A stretch of DNA of 64,000 nucleotides, from the NCBI GenBank assembly GCA_002269645.1, contig NIVC01000757.1, positions 148,298 to 212,297 on the forward strand, written 5' to 3'. Below, piece by piece: positions 1-14,450 of the stretch; the first letter of the stretch is position 1; every line of letters begins with the position of its first letter. The notes below the pieces were generated by a model. The model searched no databases. It saw nothing but the letters and a program-made list of their open reading frames with translations, and was not told where the DNA came from. Position numbers and translations under genes: made by a program. Origin of the DNA: Macrostomum lignano. Its lineage: Eukaryota.

Positions 1-29
1 CTGCAGCCCGACACGATGATGACACCAGC

Positions 30-2657
30 TTGGAGCCGGACTTGGACACCACCAGGAAGGCCACTGCAAGACCAGCCCTTTCGAAGAAGGTCCGCACTCG
101 CAACAAGGAGGCCAAGACTGCCCTGGCCGAAGCCCTGAAGGCCACCGCGCCAGCAGCCCTTCAGTACGACGACCATCGCTGCAGTCAACGCCAAGAGACC
201 GGTCTGGACAGGAACCCGGAGGCCACTGACACCTCAGCCCTCCGCAGCGACGCCCATGCCAACTGCCGATACTTGGAGATTCGCCCAGACGAAGCCTCGG
301 AGGCCCCTGCTGACGTAGACCTCCTTGACGATGTCCAAGACTGCAGATCTCGGGACATGGAGACGCCCATGGACCACGACTCAGAGGCCACTGAACAAGC
401 AGCCCTCCTGATGATGGCCCACAGTGCAGATCCAGATCAGCAATGTAACTGCAAACCCCCGAAGTTTTGCGCTGAGAGTTCTCGCCATGTTGACAGAGGC
501 CAGACTCTCGCGATGGCAGCAAGGTCAACGCTCTGTCCCCTGAGCCGACAGACAGCTGCTCATCGCCTGTGTGGAAAGTCAAGTCCCCCGTTGCGACACT
601 GCCCAGTGCAGGAGAAAACTCACTCAATGTTGACGATTTTGGAGCCGACAGCTACGGCTGCCTACGACGGGGCGTGCTTTGTGTTGCGTCTCGCCCTACA
701 GCCAAGAGTCGCCTGGGCTGTGCAGTGGAGGCAAGTGCACTGCTCCAGCTGCAGAAATTCCTGTCAAGAGACCAACGATGAGAACTTCAAAATGAGATCA
801 GCGATTGTGAGACAAAGTCGCTTGGAGCGACCTAATCCTGACGCCGACAAGACGGAGTTGCGTGATCAACTGCAAGCGACCGAAGCGGAGACTGCAGGAG
901 TCATGACCCCTCAGCCATGCCGCGCTGTGCTCATGGATTTTCTGAGGTTGCCGATGACGCGGCAACAGTTTGTTGACGCGCAGCGCGCCGACCAAGCTAT
1001 CAGCTACGTGTTCAACTTGGTCGAGAACAAAGCCCCGAAGCCCAAGTTTGACGCCCGGTTGCGGCTGATGAAGGAGCAGCGGAACCTGCTCGGATATTAC
1101 GAGAATCTGCGAGAGGACGATGGCCTGCTGATGATTGACCTGACTGATGGCCAGCAGTCCCCAAAGATTGTCTTGCCCGAAGCCCTCGATGCCCAGGTGC
1201 TCTAGGAGCTCCACAGTTCGCCACTGTGTGGACACCTAGGCCAGACAAAAATGCTGAAATGACTGCGAGAACGATTCTGGCGGCCCGGATTAGCCCGTGT
1301 CACCGAGAATTTTATCAGCAGATGCCGGGCCTGTCTCGAAAGCAAATCGCAAAGGCGAGACAAAGTTCCAGTTCAAAGCTTCCCAGTCTGCGAAGTGCTA
1401 GGAAGAGTACATTGCGATGTAGTAGACCCTATTGCCCAGAAGAGCAAGAGCGGGAACTGCTACATATTGACCTTGTGCGACGCGACGTCGAAGTACCCGT
1501 TTGCCTATCCTATGAGGAACCAGAAAGCCAAGACTGTCATCAAGATCCTGTAGGAGCGCTTGATCCCTGACTTTGGTGTACCCTGCTGGATACACACTGA
1601 TCAAGGCACCAACTTCACCGGCTCTGCCTTCAAGAAGTTCTGCAACCTGTTTGGCATTTGACATACTACAACAACACTGTACAACCCAGCTTCCAATGGT
1701 CAAGTCGAGAACCTCAACAAGCAGCTGAAGAGCGTTCTCACCTGCCTCCTCGAGCGAAACCACAATGACTGGGACACCTTCCTTCCAGCCTGCCTGATGG
1801 CTCTCTGCTCCAGTGTACACCCGGTGACAGGATTCATGCCCCACTACCTGGTGTTCGGCCGTGACTTCCGACTGCCAATCGACAACGCGCTGAAGAAGCT
1901 GCCCGAGTATGTCAAGGACTTCCAACGCCGTCTCGACAATGCCACCGAGCAAGCCAAGGATCGTCTGCATCTCCATCAGCAACTGCGAGATGAGCACTAC
2001 TTCAACCTGCCAAAGGCCAAGAAGCTCAAGCCCAGTTATTTGGTTTTCCTCAACAACCCGGTGCTCAAACTGGACGAGGCGGCGAAGTTTCATCGACCCC
2101 ACAAAGCACTCTACAAAGTCGTAGAACCCAAAGGCGAGGTGGTCTACAAAATTCGCCGTAGACTACCCAATCCGCAAGCCCAATGGGATGAACTTGTTGT
2201 TCATTGCCGCAACCTGCTCCACATTCCTGACGCTGACTACACGATGATTTCAGATCCCGAAGTCGAGAAGGCGAAGAAGCGCAGACGGCAGCCAGATGAT
2301 CCTGACGGGGCAGGACCTGCGACCCTGCCACCGGTTCCTGAAGACGAGCTTGAAGATCCCGATGACGACGAGGATGATGACGTGAGGCTGGCTCTTTGGT
2401 GGTATTTCCGGTCTCTGGCGATCCTGGAGGTGCAGCCAGGAGGTGGACTGATCACGACACCAGCGAACCAGGCAAGTGCACTTTGGCGTGAGCCAGTGCC
2501 ATATGGTGAATGCCACTTGCATGAGCCTGTTTCAAATGCATCTGTGCCTGCTGAGCTTCTTTTTCGCCCGTCCATGTCACTACTCCCCCCGAACCTTTTC
2601 CTGTGGTACAGTCTCGTGTACCATCGCCATGCACCACTCCGGTGGAAGTGCTTCTAG
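30..2657 (+). mobile_element. Degenerate Ty3/Gypsy pol 3' part (pre-integrase linker, HHCC zinc finger, DDE integrase core, GPY/F-like tail)
   Basis: One frame links ORFs 30..1205 and 1797..2657 across in-frame stops at 1203, 1260, 1551 and 1659. Read-through: ELHSSPLCGHLG...CRAC (HHCC), HCDVVDP, IHTDQGTNF, SNGQVENLN (D,D,E), PHYLVFGRDFRLP, KALYKVVEPKGEVVYKI...VVHCRNL. Confidence 0.93.
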
Positions 2658-3649
2658 AGCCTGCAGATTTAGGTAGGCCAGCTAGGGACCGTAGGCCTCC
2701 AGAGAGGCTTCTTATTAGCGATACTAGGCCGCAAACGTATGCTAGTCGCACCGCCCGCATGCGCGCACAAAATTTAAATCATTTCAGCGCAGAAATGCAT
2801 ACGTCGCGAGCCGCCAAGCGCACTGAGCGCTCCGGGTCGAGTGGAGATGATCGCGACTTGGGATCAGAGCGGTACTGCTTGGCGCAAGACGCACCCCCAA
2901 TCGGCGCCGCAGCAGGCCAATTTGAGCGGCCAGCCGAGTCACATACGGTCCGCCGCATTCATCCTCGCCTGCGGTTAGGACAGCGGCCAAGGTCGCCCTC
3001 GCTGATGCACCTGCGGCGCTCAACACCACCTGAGAGAGGGCCGCCCGCTGCTCCACGCCGCCGCGCTTCCCCACGACGCAGAGGACAAAGGCGCCCACCC
3101 CCACCTCTGGTAGAGGTTATTGATCTGACGGCGGAGGATTCATCACCCGTGGTGCGACGCCTCCAGACAGCAGGCCCTCTTGAGCAAACCCGCCGAGAGG
3201 ACCGCGCAGTCGCCAGCCCAAGGCGCCATCACAGCCCGGCTCAAGCAACCAAAGTGTCGGAAGCTGGCCCAAACCCCAGCGGTGCCCTGGCTGCAGCGGC
3301 AACTGCTAGTTCGACGCCTACGCCAAACCTCCATCCCTGGCCCACCACGACCCGCATCAGCTGAGTGAACTTTGGGCTGGTGCCCGCGTCTCCTGGCCGC
3401 GGCAGCCCGCCCTGGCTTCTGCCAATCCTGCGGCCTGGTGAGGCTCCCACTCGCGATGTTGGAGTCCAAACTGAGGAGGAGCCCCCAGACACGCCGTCGA
3501 CATACACCTGGGCCGACCTGGCAGAGGAGCTCTGCGGCGCCTTCCCCATGGCACCCCCGAATTCTTCCGCAGGTACGGCCATGGCAGCAGCTGAGCAGGA
3601 GCCTGTCCCGGAGGACCCGATCGAGGCCGGCGCAGCTTTCCTAGCCTGA
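2603..3649 (+). pseudogene. Extra ORF downstream of Gypsy integrase, Pro/Arg-rich, interrupted by one TGA
   Basis: ORFs 2603..3364 and 3365..3649 are in the same frame, separated only by TGA at 3362-3364. Contains VEVIDLT and RDVGVQTE. Confidence 0.5.
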
Positions 3650-4138
3650 TCTCATGAAGCCGACATGGGCCCAGCTGAGGGCTCTCGATGACCAAGGTGC
3701 CACCCTCACCGCTGACGCTATCCAGAATCCGGAATTCCTGGTGATCCTGTGGAATGCGGCCTGGCTCGCCGTTCGGTGAATCTCCGGTCGAACCCCAGTG
3801 CTGCCCGAGAAGCTGGCCAGGTCCCGGAATCGCTGAACGGCAAGTGCAACGCTATTGACTGCCCAAGCCGGACAGACTCTGATCTAATCACTTACTTCGT
3901 CTCATTTCAGGTGTGCTCGCCATTGGGTCGCCCGTCACTAGGACATGCCCACCCCCTTTATTTGAGGCCGCGCTGAACTTGGCCCTTATGTTGAACTGAA
4001 GCGCCAGTCGTGCGCGATTATCTTCTTTCCATTCTCCCTTTTGCATGCGTCATCCCCCGGGCTCTGCCAACTGACTCCCGGCATCCCACCAACATATTTA
4101 GGTGCCTTCGCTTATTTTAATAGTTGGGCCGGCGCCCC

Positions 4139-5433
4139 TGTCACTATTTCAGGAACTTATTATGGGGTCATCGCATTTAAAGGTTAAACCAATTTAAGAT
4201 CCTTTACTTAACCTTACGACATTTCTTTCAGTCAATCCGGTCAAACGTTTATTAAGCCAACACCACTTCATTCTTTACTACATTAATTCATTATTATTCA
4301 TTCAATTATAGGTACAATCTTTTGTTATTTTTTTGCCCTTTTAATAACGCCAAATATTTTACCGCGTGTCTTAAGTACAAATTTAACTTGTTCGTTTTAA
4401 ATAAAGCGGCTACGCTTGCACTCCGCCTCATCATTTGAACAAAAAGAGTGAAGTGAGCACTAGTTTAGTGTTAGGTGCCCCCTTTGTCAGCTGTGCCCTG
4501 CGCCCTTCTGAGCTGTTGGCTGCCGCTGGCCGCAGCTCTCCCTCTTGCTCTCCCTCTCTCCCTCCCCCTCTCTCCCTCTCCCGCTCCCTTCTCTCCCTTT
4601 CCCTCCCTCGTTGTCCTTTTGTCTGCCTGCGCTCCCTTTTGTCCCCCTTTTTCCGGTTCGTTTGCATTCCCAGTGTCTGAGCTTCTCCGCTCAGCCTGTC
4701 CTTGATTCTTTGTCTGTCTGCGGATCACGTGCCCCGGCACTCTGTCCTTTTCTTGCGCAGCCTTGTGCAATCCTGGGTGTCAGTCTCTAAATTAGGAATA
4801 GCATCCTTGCCTCTCTGGCGGGGGCTCCAAACTTGTTTCTAAAAATAGAACTGAATCATGCCAGGCAGTGAGAGCGGCCTTGCGCACTCTGGCACAATGG
4901 GGTGTTGCACTGAATGGTGAAATCGGTCTGCTACCCTATATGTATGGGCTTCTCGTGCCTATGTTTGGCAACCTGCCTTTTTTCGATTCAACCCGTCTTT
5001 CTGCTTTCTGCAACTTTGCTTTCTGCAACTTTGCTAAGTTGTAAGTCCAACGCACCTTGCGTTAGTCCTTCGCCAACTTGTCTGTCTTCTGATCTATCTT
5101 CAACTGTGTGTCTAAGTGAGTGCGGAACTCCCGACAGAACTAACCGATAACTAGCACAGTTCCTCATCCCCGCACTTGAGCCTGGCAGGAACCGCTGACG
5201 AGTTGTGCACCGGTGTGAGCTGTCAAATCTGCACGGCGTGCTGAGTTCTCGTGTATCATTTTTTTTGCTAAGCCCGGAGTCTTTCTCATTGAAGGACAAG
5301 ATCCGAGCGAGCTGGTGGCAGCACTACCAACGCTACTAAGAATTGCTAGAAGGCTTCCTGGGAGAGTCTACCAAGAGCTCAAAGTAGGCAGCTCACGTGA
5401 CTAACAGGGAAGTAGCTGGAACCAAATACTTCA
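4139..5433 (+). mobile_element. Possible LTR-like segment
   Basis: Starts TGTCAC and ends ...ATACTTCA just before a tRNA-Leu PBS. No second copy in the window to confirm it. Confidence 0.35.
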
Positions 5434-5434
5434 T

Positions 5435-5454
5435 TGGTGGCAGCGGTGGGATTC
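5435..5454 (+). promoter_or_regulatory. LTR-retrotransposon primer-binding site (tRNA-Leu), with degenerate copies at 5313, 5509 and 6444
   Basis: TGGTGGCAGCGGTGGGATTC is complementary to the 3' end of tRNA-Leu including CCA. It follows the CA-ending segment after one extra T. Confidence 0.75.
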
Positions 5455-5825
5455 AAAGACCTACCCGGCCACCTCGAGGCAACCCCGAGAGACCAACAAA
5501 TACTTCATTAGTGGCAGCGGTAGGATTCCAAGACCTATGGCTAGGCCACCTGAGACAAATAAGAAACCACCAACAACAATACATCATATGTAGTTGGTGG
5601 TATTGCACAAAACAGCTTAGTCCTTACGTTATAAATGTAAATTATATAGATATTAATTAAATGACAACAAAATTGTATAAAATATAAAATTTGAAAGAGC
5701 GCATAGGGTTTTTTTGCAGTTTTTATGTATGGACTAAAAACAGGTACCGTATGGCTAGATCTTATGGTAGGGCGCACTACCATGTTTGGAACAGGTGACC
5801 TCACCATAATGACTCTCGCATTCTA

Positions 5826-6441
5826 TGTCACCCAATGCGCCGTCCCATGTCCCATCCCTCGCCCCATCTTTTGCCATCGCGCGTAATTTTTTGTTATTTT
5901 CATTCCCGGCTTTGTTGTTGTCCGATGCCCCATCTTTCGTCCCATCTCCTGCCCCATCTTTCGCCTTCTTGCCCCATCTACTGCCCCATCCCCGTCCGGA
6001 CGACATTGCTCCACTATTTATTAAAGCCATTTCAGGCCGCAAGTTTTCATTTCCCTTTCCCCTGCCTCCTACTTGTTCATTTGTCCGTTTTCCATTTCCA
6101 TTCCACTTTGTGTACCCTCGTGTATTCGTCTGTTTAGTGTTTAGTTTCTTTTGTGCTCAAAGTTAAATTAGTACTTATTTAGTCTCAATCTACTAGTTTG
6201 TTTAGTTAGTCGTTCGTACCTGGCACCAGCCGAGGATCAATCGTCTAAATTCAACTTTATTTTGCCAATTTATGTCTGCTAATACAACATCAATAAATAA
6301 TATTAATTAAGTCTGTCCTGTTAACGAAGCCCATAATAGTTTATCTTGAGTTATTTGCCCGTGGGGCGTTAAACAACCAAATCAATCTCAACTCTAAGCA
6401 AGCTCTGAGATCCCAACGTTCCGTAATACGGATTAAATTAC
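5826..6441 (+). mobile_element. Second possible LTR-like segment
   Basis: Starts TGTCAC, has AATAAA near 6292, and is followed closely by an 11-nt PBS-like TGGTGGCAGCG at 6444. Confidence 0.35.
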
Positions 6442-7033
6442 GGTGGTGGCAGCGCTACTCTATTGACAGTAATCAGCACAACAATTCAAAAGCAGATTTA
6501 CGGTGTCTAGACCAATTGAGTCTACGGATCTAAATGACTGGCCCGCTATACGACCGCTCCGCTACGATTACAACTACCCTCCCCTTAGACTTGAGGACCC
6601 GGCAGTCGGAGTATTTGGAGAAAACTTCATTGAGTTTCGTCTGCGCAACATTTCCAGATTTAACTTGTGCAAACTCAACATTGGCGGAAATTCAAACGTG
6701 GAATCTGCCCAACTCATTGGTGACAACGAATCAAGTTCAAACCGAGTAAGCAACCAAATTACTTTCTCCCCCCTACCTCAATCTCTGCTGCCACAAATTT
6801 TACAAATTTAAAAAATTGTTAGTATACATAAGCAAAACTTATTTGAGAAAGTTAGGCTTTTGCTCCCAAAGTGTTGTAAAAGCAAATAAACTGTTTTAAA
6901 GTGTTAAGTTACACTTTTAAATGTCTTATAAGATATACATCTTTATACCTAGAAAAAACTTTCTATGTGGTTTTAATAGTTTTCTTCAAAAGAGTACTTT
7001 TGAAGAGTATTTTTTTGATCTGACGTCATTCGT

Positions 7034-7290
7034 GGGCCTTTATATATTACCAATTCCAGAACCAGAATTGGTTTGGAATTCCAAGAAAAACAGCAGTATA
7101 ACTATTAACCTCTGTTAATATTTGACTACCTTAACAACCTAACTTAGCACAATTTTTCACTTTCTTCTTGGCGATTGTCATTCAATAATAAAAACTTTAT
7201 AGCACGTATCTCCCTCTAGTTATGGAGACAAGTTATACTTCACAAATTGGTTCTGGTTCTGGAACCAGAGCAAGCAATGTGAAAAGGCCC
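7034..7290. mobile_element. Small MITE-like element
   Basis: Ends GGGCCTTT...AAAGGCCC, with inverted subterminal TTCCAGAACCAGAA / TTCTGGTTCTGGAA. No TSD identified. Confidence 0.4.
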
Positions 7291-10288
7291 CGTATCTAAT
7301 CTCGTAAGCAAAGTAATACTTAGTAATTTACCTTGACTAGGCTTAATTTAACAATTATTTCTAGCAACTAAAAATTAAATTATAAATACAAAGCCCATAC
7401 TGGCTAAACAGGCTGCTTGCCTAAGCCAAATTACACTACACTGCACTACACTACTTAGCTACCTTACCTACTCAGTCAAAAAATGTTTGGACAGACCTAT
7501 CGTTGGTTATCAAGTCTTGCTTAGGCTTAGTAATCCTCATCAAACTAGTTTTCTTACTTCTTATCCAAGCCATTCAAGGTACTCATAAGAACTTTTAGGG
7601 CTAAGTTTGAATTCCATGTCAATCTCCTGATAGTTGGAAATTGTAGGCCTAGGCCTAATACATTCCTTACTAGTTTTAGTGATAAGAGTAGACCTAGGCC
7701 ATACCTTAAGCCATAAAAGAGAAAGTACATGAAAATTTTGGCTGACTGAATTGAAAGGGCACTCTTGAATATGAAAGATTCAACAAATTAACAAAAAGGG
7801 CACAAATTAACAGTATAGCTTGCATATATAAATATAACATAAGTAACGTATATATGTGCCTTGTTCAAAGTCTGCAACAACAAGAGTTGGACAGTAATAG
7901 AAACAGCACTTGATAAAGCATTCAAAGATTAAAATAAACAAAAATTTTGGACAAAATGTTGTGCCCATTAGATAAAATGTTGTACCTTTTGAACAAAATG
8001 TTGTGCCCTAAAAATTTTGGACAAAGTGTCCTAGATAAAATGTCTTTTGGACAAAATGTCATAGATTCTGGTCAAAATAGGCAATAAAATGGTGTAATTA
8101 CCATTGGGAGTAGGTCAACTATTTGAAAACTATTTTTTATGCTTTCACTGTTAAATTTTTAATTTGATGCTTATTAGGTTAGGCCTATAGATTTTTAAAT
8201 GATAAAAAATTGATTTGGAAATGCATGATTCTAATATTCAAATTGAGAGGGCTTAATTAAGGCACTATTAATGAAAATATAAGCATTTTTTGTCTTCCCA
8301 AATACTATAGTTCTAAATATACATTATGCATATAATATAAGAGATATTTTGTCTTGCATGGATATAGGTAGGCCTAGGTCAATTCAAATCTATATTTATC
8401 TTTTCAAAAATGTTGTTTTTAGGGGGAAATTCTTGGGCGCATGACCAAGACCGCCACAGCTCTTACTGGCTACTGGAATTGAGGGGGAGCTACTAATCTT
8501 CCAGTATTGCTATTGGTTGTGATGGGTTGTGGAGTTAGATGAGGAGGAAGGGCGCCGGAGGGTGCGTCCCAAGATTGGTCACGAATAAGTGGCCCAAAAC
8601 GATTGCAAGTCAACCAGGGCGATTTTAACAATATCTTTAACAAAACCACAATTTGTTACTTTTAGCAGTAGATGAGCATGAATAATGCTTTTGAGAGCAA
8701 AAGCTTGAGTAATTAGATTTAACTTCACTTTCAAAAAAGCGCCTCTCAAAATGCAATTGCAGGTTGCTGTAATTTGAAAAGTTTTTTTACGAGCTCGCAC
8801 ATTCGTATTCGGGGGTCTCCCTAAAACACGCCCCGCACCGCCCTGCAGCGCTACACATTAAAACAAATTGGACTATAACTGAAGACACTTCAAAATGCGT
8901 TTTCTGTTAAGCTTCAAAGTTTTATTAAATTAAGTTTGTTTACTATGAAATATGAAATTCGGTGAATAATAAGTGATATTATTAATCACCCGTGTCAGCA
9001 GTTTATACGCGAATTCAGCACAATTTTAGGTACGATAAACATGCATATCCTGCATGCTGGTTGCCTTTACTGCATGCTGGATACTCGTACATATTGCCTG
9101 CACAATGACAAACAAACTAGTACCGTCAAAATTCAATATTGTAGCCTAATCACAACTGAATAGTATTGCTTTCTATTCGTTTATAAAAAAAACGGGAGTT
9201 ACATACATTTCACTGTACAGAGTTAGTTATTCCTAAAGCAACTTTCGATACATCATCAATTTTGAATATGCTTAATTTTGAGTACAAGTGCCAGCAGCAG
9301 GCTTGTTTGAGCTGACTGCGACTGCGATCCCTAAAATACAGATATGGATATTAGATATGACTTAGGGGCCTAGCCTAGATAGATGGATTGTCAGAATATC
9401 ATTAAAATATATCATATCATCATCGTTAGGCCTACTACCTGGTTCTGCCACACTGACTAGACTAGACTAGACCTATTCTATTGGTTTCATTTCAGATTGG
9501 GATCCAGAAAATTTGGAATGGGGTGATTGCAGATTACTAAGGTACTTTGATTTTTTATTTGATAGGCCTAATTTACAACCTATTTAACAATTGGCATAGG
9601 GGCCTAGGCCTAGAAAAATTAAAATCAAACTTGATGGGGTTGGGAAGCACATTGATCATTAAATATAGGCCTACCAAATAAATCAAGTTTTAATGCATGG
9701 AGCATGGGGATAATAATAAGCTTTTAATATCAAAGCATTTTATTTTTTAAAACCAAACAAAAATTAAATTGTTAATTTCTAGCATAAAAAAGTCCATTAG
9801 GCCAGGCCTACATTTATAAAATAAGAATGTTTTGACTAAATTCTCATTTTTGTTATTTAAATTTTGTTTTTGCCCCAAAATTATTGTGGCCATAATCATA
9901 GATATTTTGTATCTAGACTTTTCTTTCCTGCAAACATTTATTTTATCAAAGTCTAGGCCTAGTATAGCTAGGCCTATACAAGGTTATATTATTATTTAAT
10001 TATGATATATCTATATATTTATATAGCATTAGGTAAGATTATGTTATTTAACCATTTTCATATTATAGTTCTAAAAAATTATAAAATTTAATGGTTACTT
10101 ATAATATAAATCTATGTTTATATGCTAGTTTTGTTAATTAATATTTGTTGCCTTGGATTGGTAATTAAAATTGTTTAAATAATCTATGACCAAATTGGCT
10201 TAGGGTTAGGGATAAAATAGTCTATAGGTGAAATTGTTTTAAATGCAAAATTTCCATAGCTAACATAGCTTAAGGGAATAATGACTAG

Positions 10289-12433
<2,145 letters not shown>

Positions 12434-13439
12434 TAACCCGTCTGCTACAGTGTTTTTAAATAGCCTTTTATACCCTCCTCTTTCCCTTACCCCTCCTCCC
12501 CCGGCGGCTCCCCTTCTCGTAGCTCTGCGAATAAAATCGTAATTCTTCTTCTCTTCAGAATAATTTGCCCAGCTGCGAACTGTGATGGTGCATACCGGGT
12601 ACTCGCAATTTAAAAAGCGTATGCTTCTTACTGATTTACTGATTTAATTCCGACGCAACCAAGCAAATCGTTTACTTTCAAGTCCGTGCATTTTCGTTCG
12701 GCGTTAATGCCGTGTGGCGTTGGTGTAATACTATCGCGAAATTCAATTTCCAATGTCATTATCTAACTATTGTCGCTTTTCTGTATTACAACTATATACT
12801 ATACTTCTGCATTTATTGACGTAACATTGTGCCAATAATGTCACATTGTGTGGCCCCAATATGAATCTGTATGCAACTTATAGCGCAATGATCATTTTAA
12901 TCGCTTGAAATACATTGTAATGTAATACTGTATCGCTTTTGGCAATCGAAACGAGACTTTAGCCAGACTCCTCACTGATCCAAATGCTCCTCAAGCAAAG
13001 GTACGAGTATATGGAAAGCAGACTGAGCTCCGCAGACTTAGTATATTTGATCTTCGGATCGCGGATAGAACCAAGGAAATCTTGGTACGTAAATAAAATT
13101 GGAGTCACTTTTCCTACTTCCACTTTCCCTGCTCTTCCCCTGACCACAGTCTGTGCCCCAGGCTTAAGTTAGACCAACGCAAAATACTAACCTGAATAGG
13201 AAGCAAGCAACTCACTTCCCACTCTAGTCTTTTTCTGCCACTGTTGTCTTGCAATACTCGCAAAGATCTCGTATGGCGTCCTATTTGAATTGGCGCAAGT
13301 CTCGTTTACATAGTCGAAAGCCATACTGGTGCCAATTATTTGTGTCGATCAAGTTTCCTAGAGAATGATTTGTTGATAACTGTATATTCGCTGTCTTAGA
13401 GCTGCACGCTGTGTTTAACCATTACTTTGTCGTAGAAGA

Positions 13440-14450
13440 GCTGATGGAGGGAGGCGTTGGGGCGGAGCTGATGGGGGGCGGTAGCGGCGGAGCTTTTGAA
13501 GAGGCGGAGCTGATGGGGGGCGGTAGGGGCGGAGCTGATGGGAGTCGGTAGGGGTGGAGCTGATGGGGGCGGTAGAGGCGGAGCTGATGGGGGGCGGTGG
13601 TAAGGGCGGACCTGTAATTGGAGGGGGCGGTAGGGGCGGAGCTGATGGGGGGCGGTAGGGGCGGAGCTGATGGGGCGCGGTAGGGGCGGAGCTGATGGGG
13701 GGCGGTGGTAAGGGCGGACCTGTAATTGGAGGGGGCGGTAGGGGCGAAGCTGATGGGGGGCGGTAGGGGCGGAGCTGATTGGGGGCGGTAGGAGTGGAGC
13801 TGATGGGGGGCGGTAGCGGCGGAGCTTTTGGAGGGGCTGAGCTGATGGGGGGCGGTAGGGGCGGAGCTGATGGGGGCGGTAGGGGCGGAGCTGATGGGGG
13901 GCGGTAGGGGTGGAGCTGATTGGGGGCGGTAGGGGTGGAGCTGATTGGTGGCGGTAGGGGTGGAGCTGATTGGGGGCGGTAGGGGCGGAGCTGATGGGAG
14001 TCGGTAGGGTCGGAGCTGATGGGAGTCGGTAGGGGTGGAGCTGATGGGGGGCGGTAGCGGCGGAGCTTTTGGAGGGGCTGAGCTGATGGGGGCGGTAGGG
14101 GTGGAGCTGATGGGGGGCGGTAGGGGCGGAGCTGATGGGGGCGGTAGGGGCGGAGCTGATGGGGGGCGGTAGGGGTGGAGCTGATTGGGGGCGGTAGGGG
14201 TGGAGCTGATGGGGGCGGTAGGGGCGGAGCTGATGGGGGGCGGTAGGGGTGGAGCTGATTGGGGGCGGTAGGGGTGGAGCTGATGGGGGGCGGTAGGGGT
14301 GGAGCTGATTGGGGGCGGTACGGGCGGACCTGTTGGAGGGGGGCGATAGGGTGGAGCTGATGAAGGGGGGACGGTAGGGGCGGAGCTGTTGGAGGGGGGT
14401 GGTAGGGGCGGAGCTGATGGAGGGGGGTCGAAGGGGCGGAGTTGATGGAG
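13440..14450. repeat. G-rich ~24-25-bp minisatellite (GGGGCGGAGCTGATGGGGGGCGGTA)n, shorter mirror at about 17912-18325
   Basis: Directly visible; about 1.0 kb in the left arm vs about 0.4 kb in the right arm. Confidence 0.95.

Noticed and set aside
6503-6811. 102-aa ORF after a PBS as gag
   Set aside because: No recognisable gag or zinc-knuckle motif.
9239-9262. CAACTTTCGAT match to 18S rRNA next to a TGATGA on the minus strand, suggesting a snoRNA
   Set aside because: No D box after the putative guide; an 11-nt match is expected by chance.
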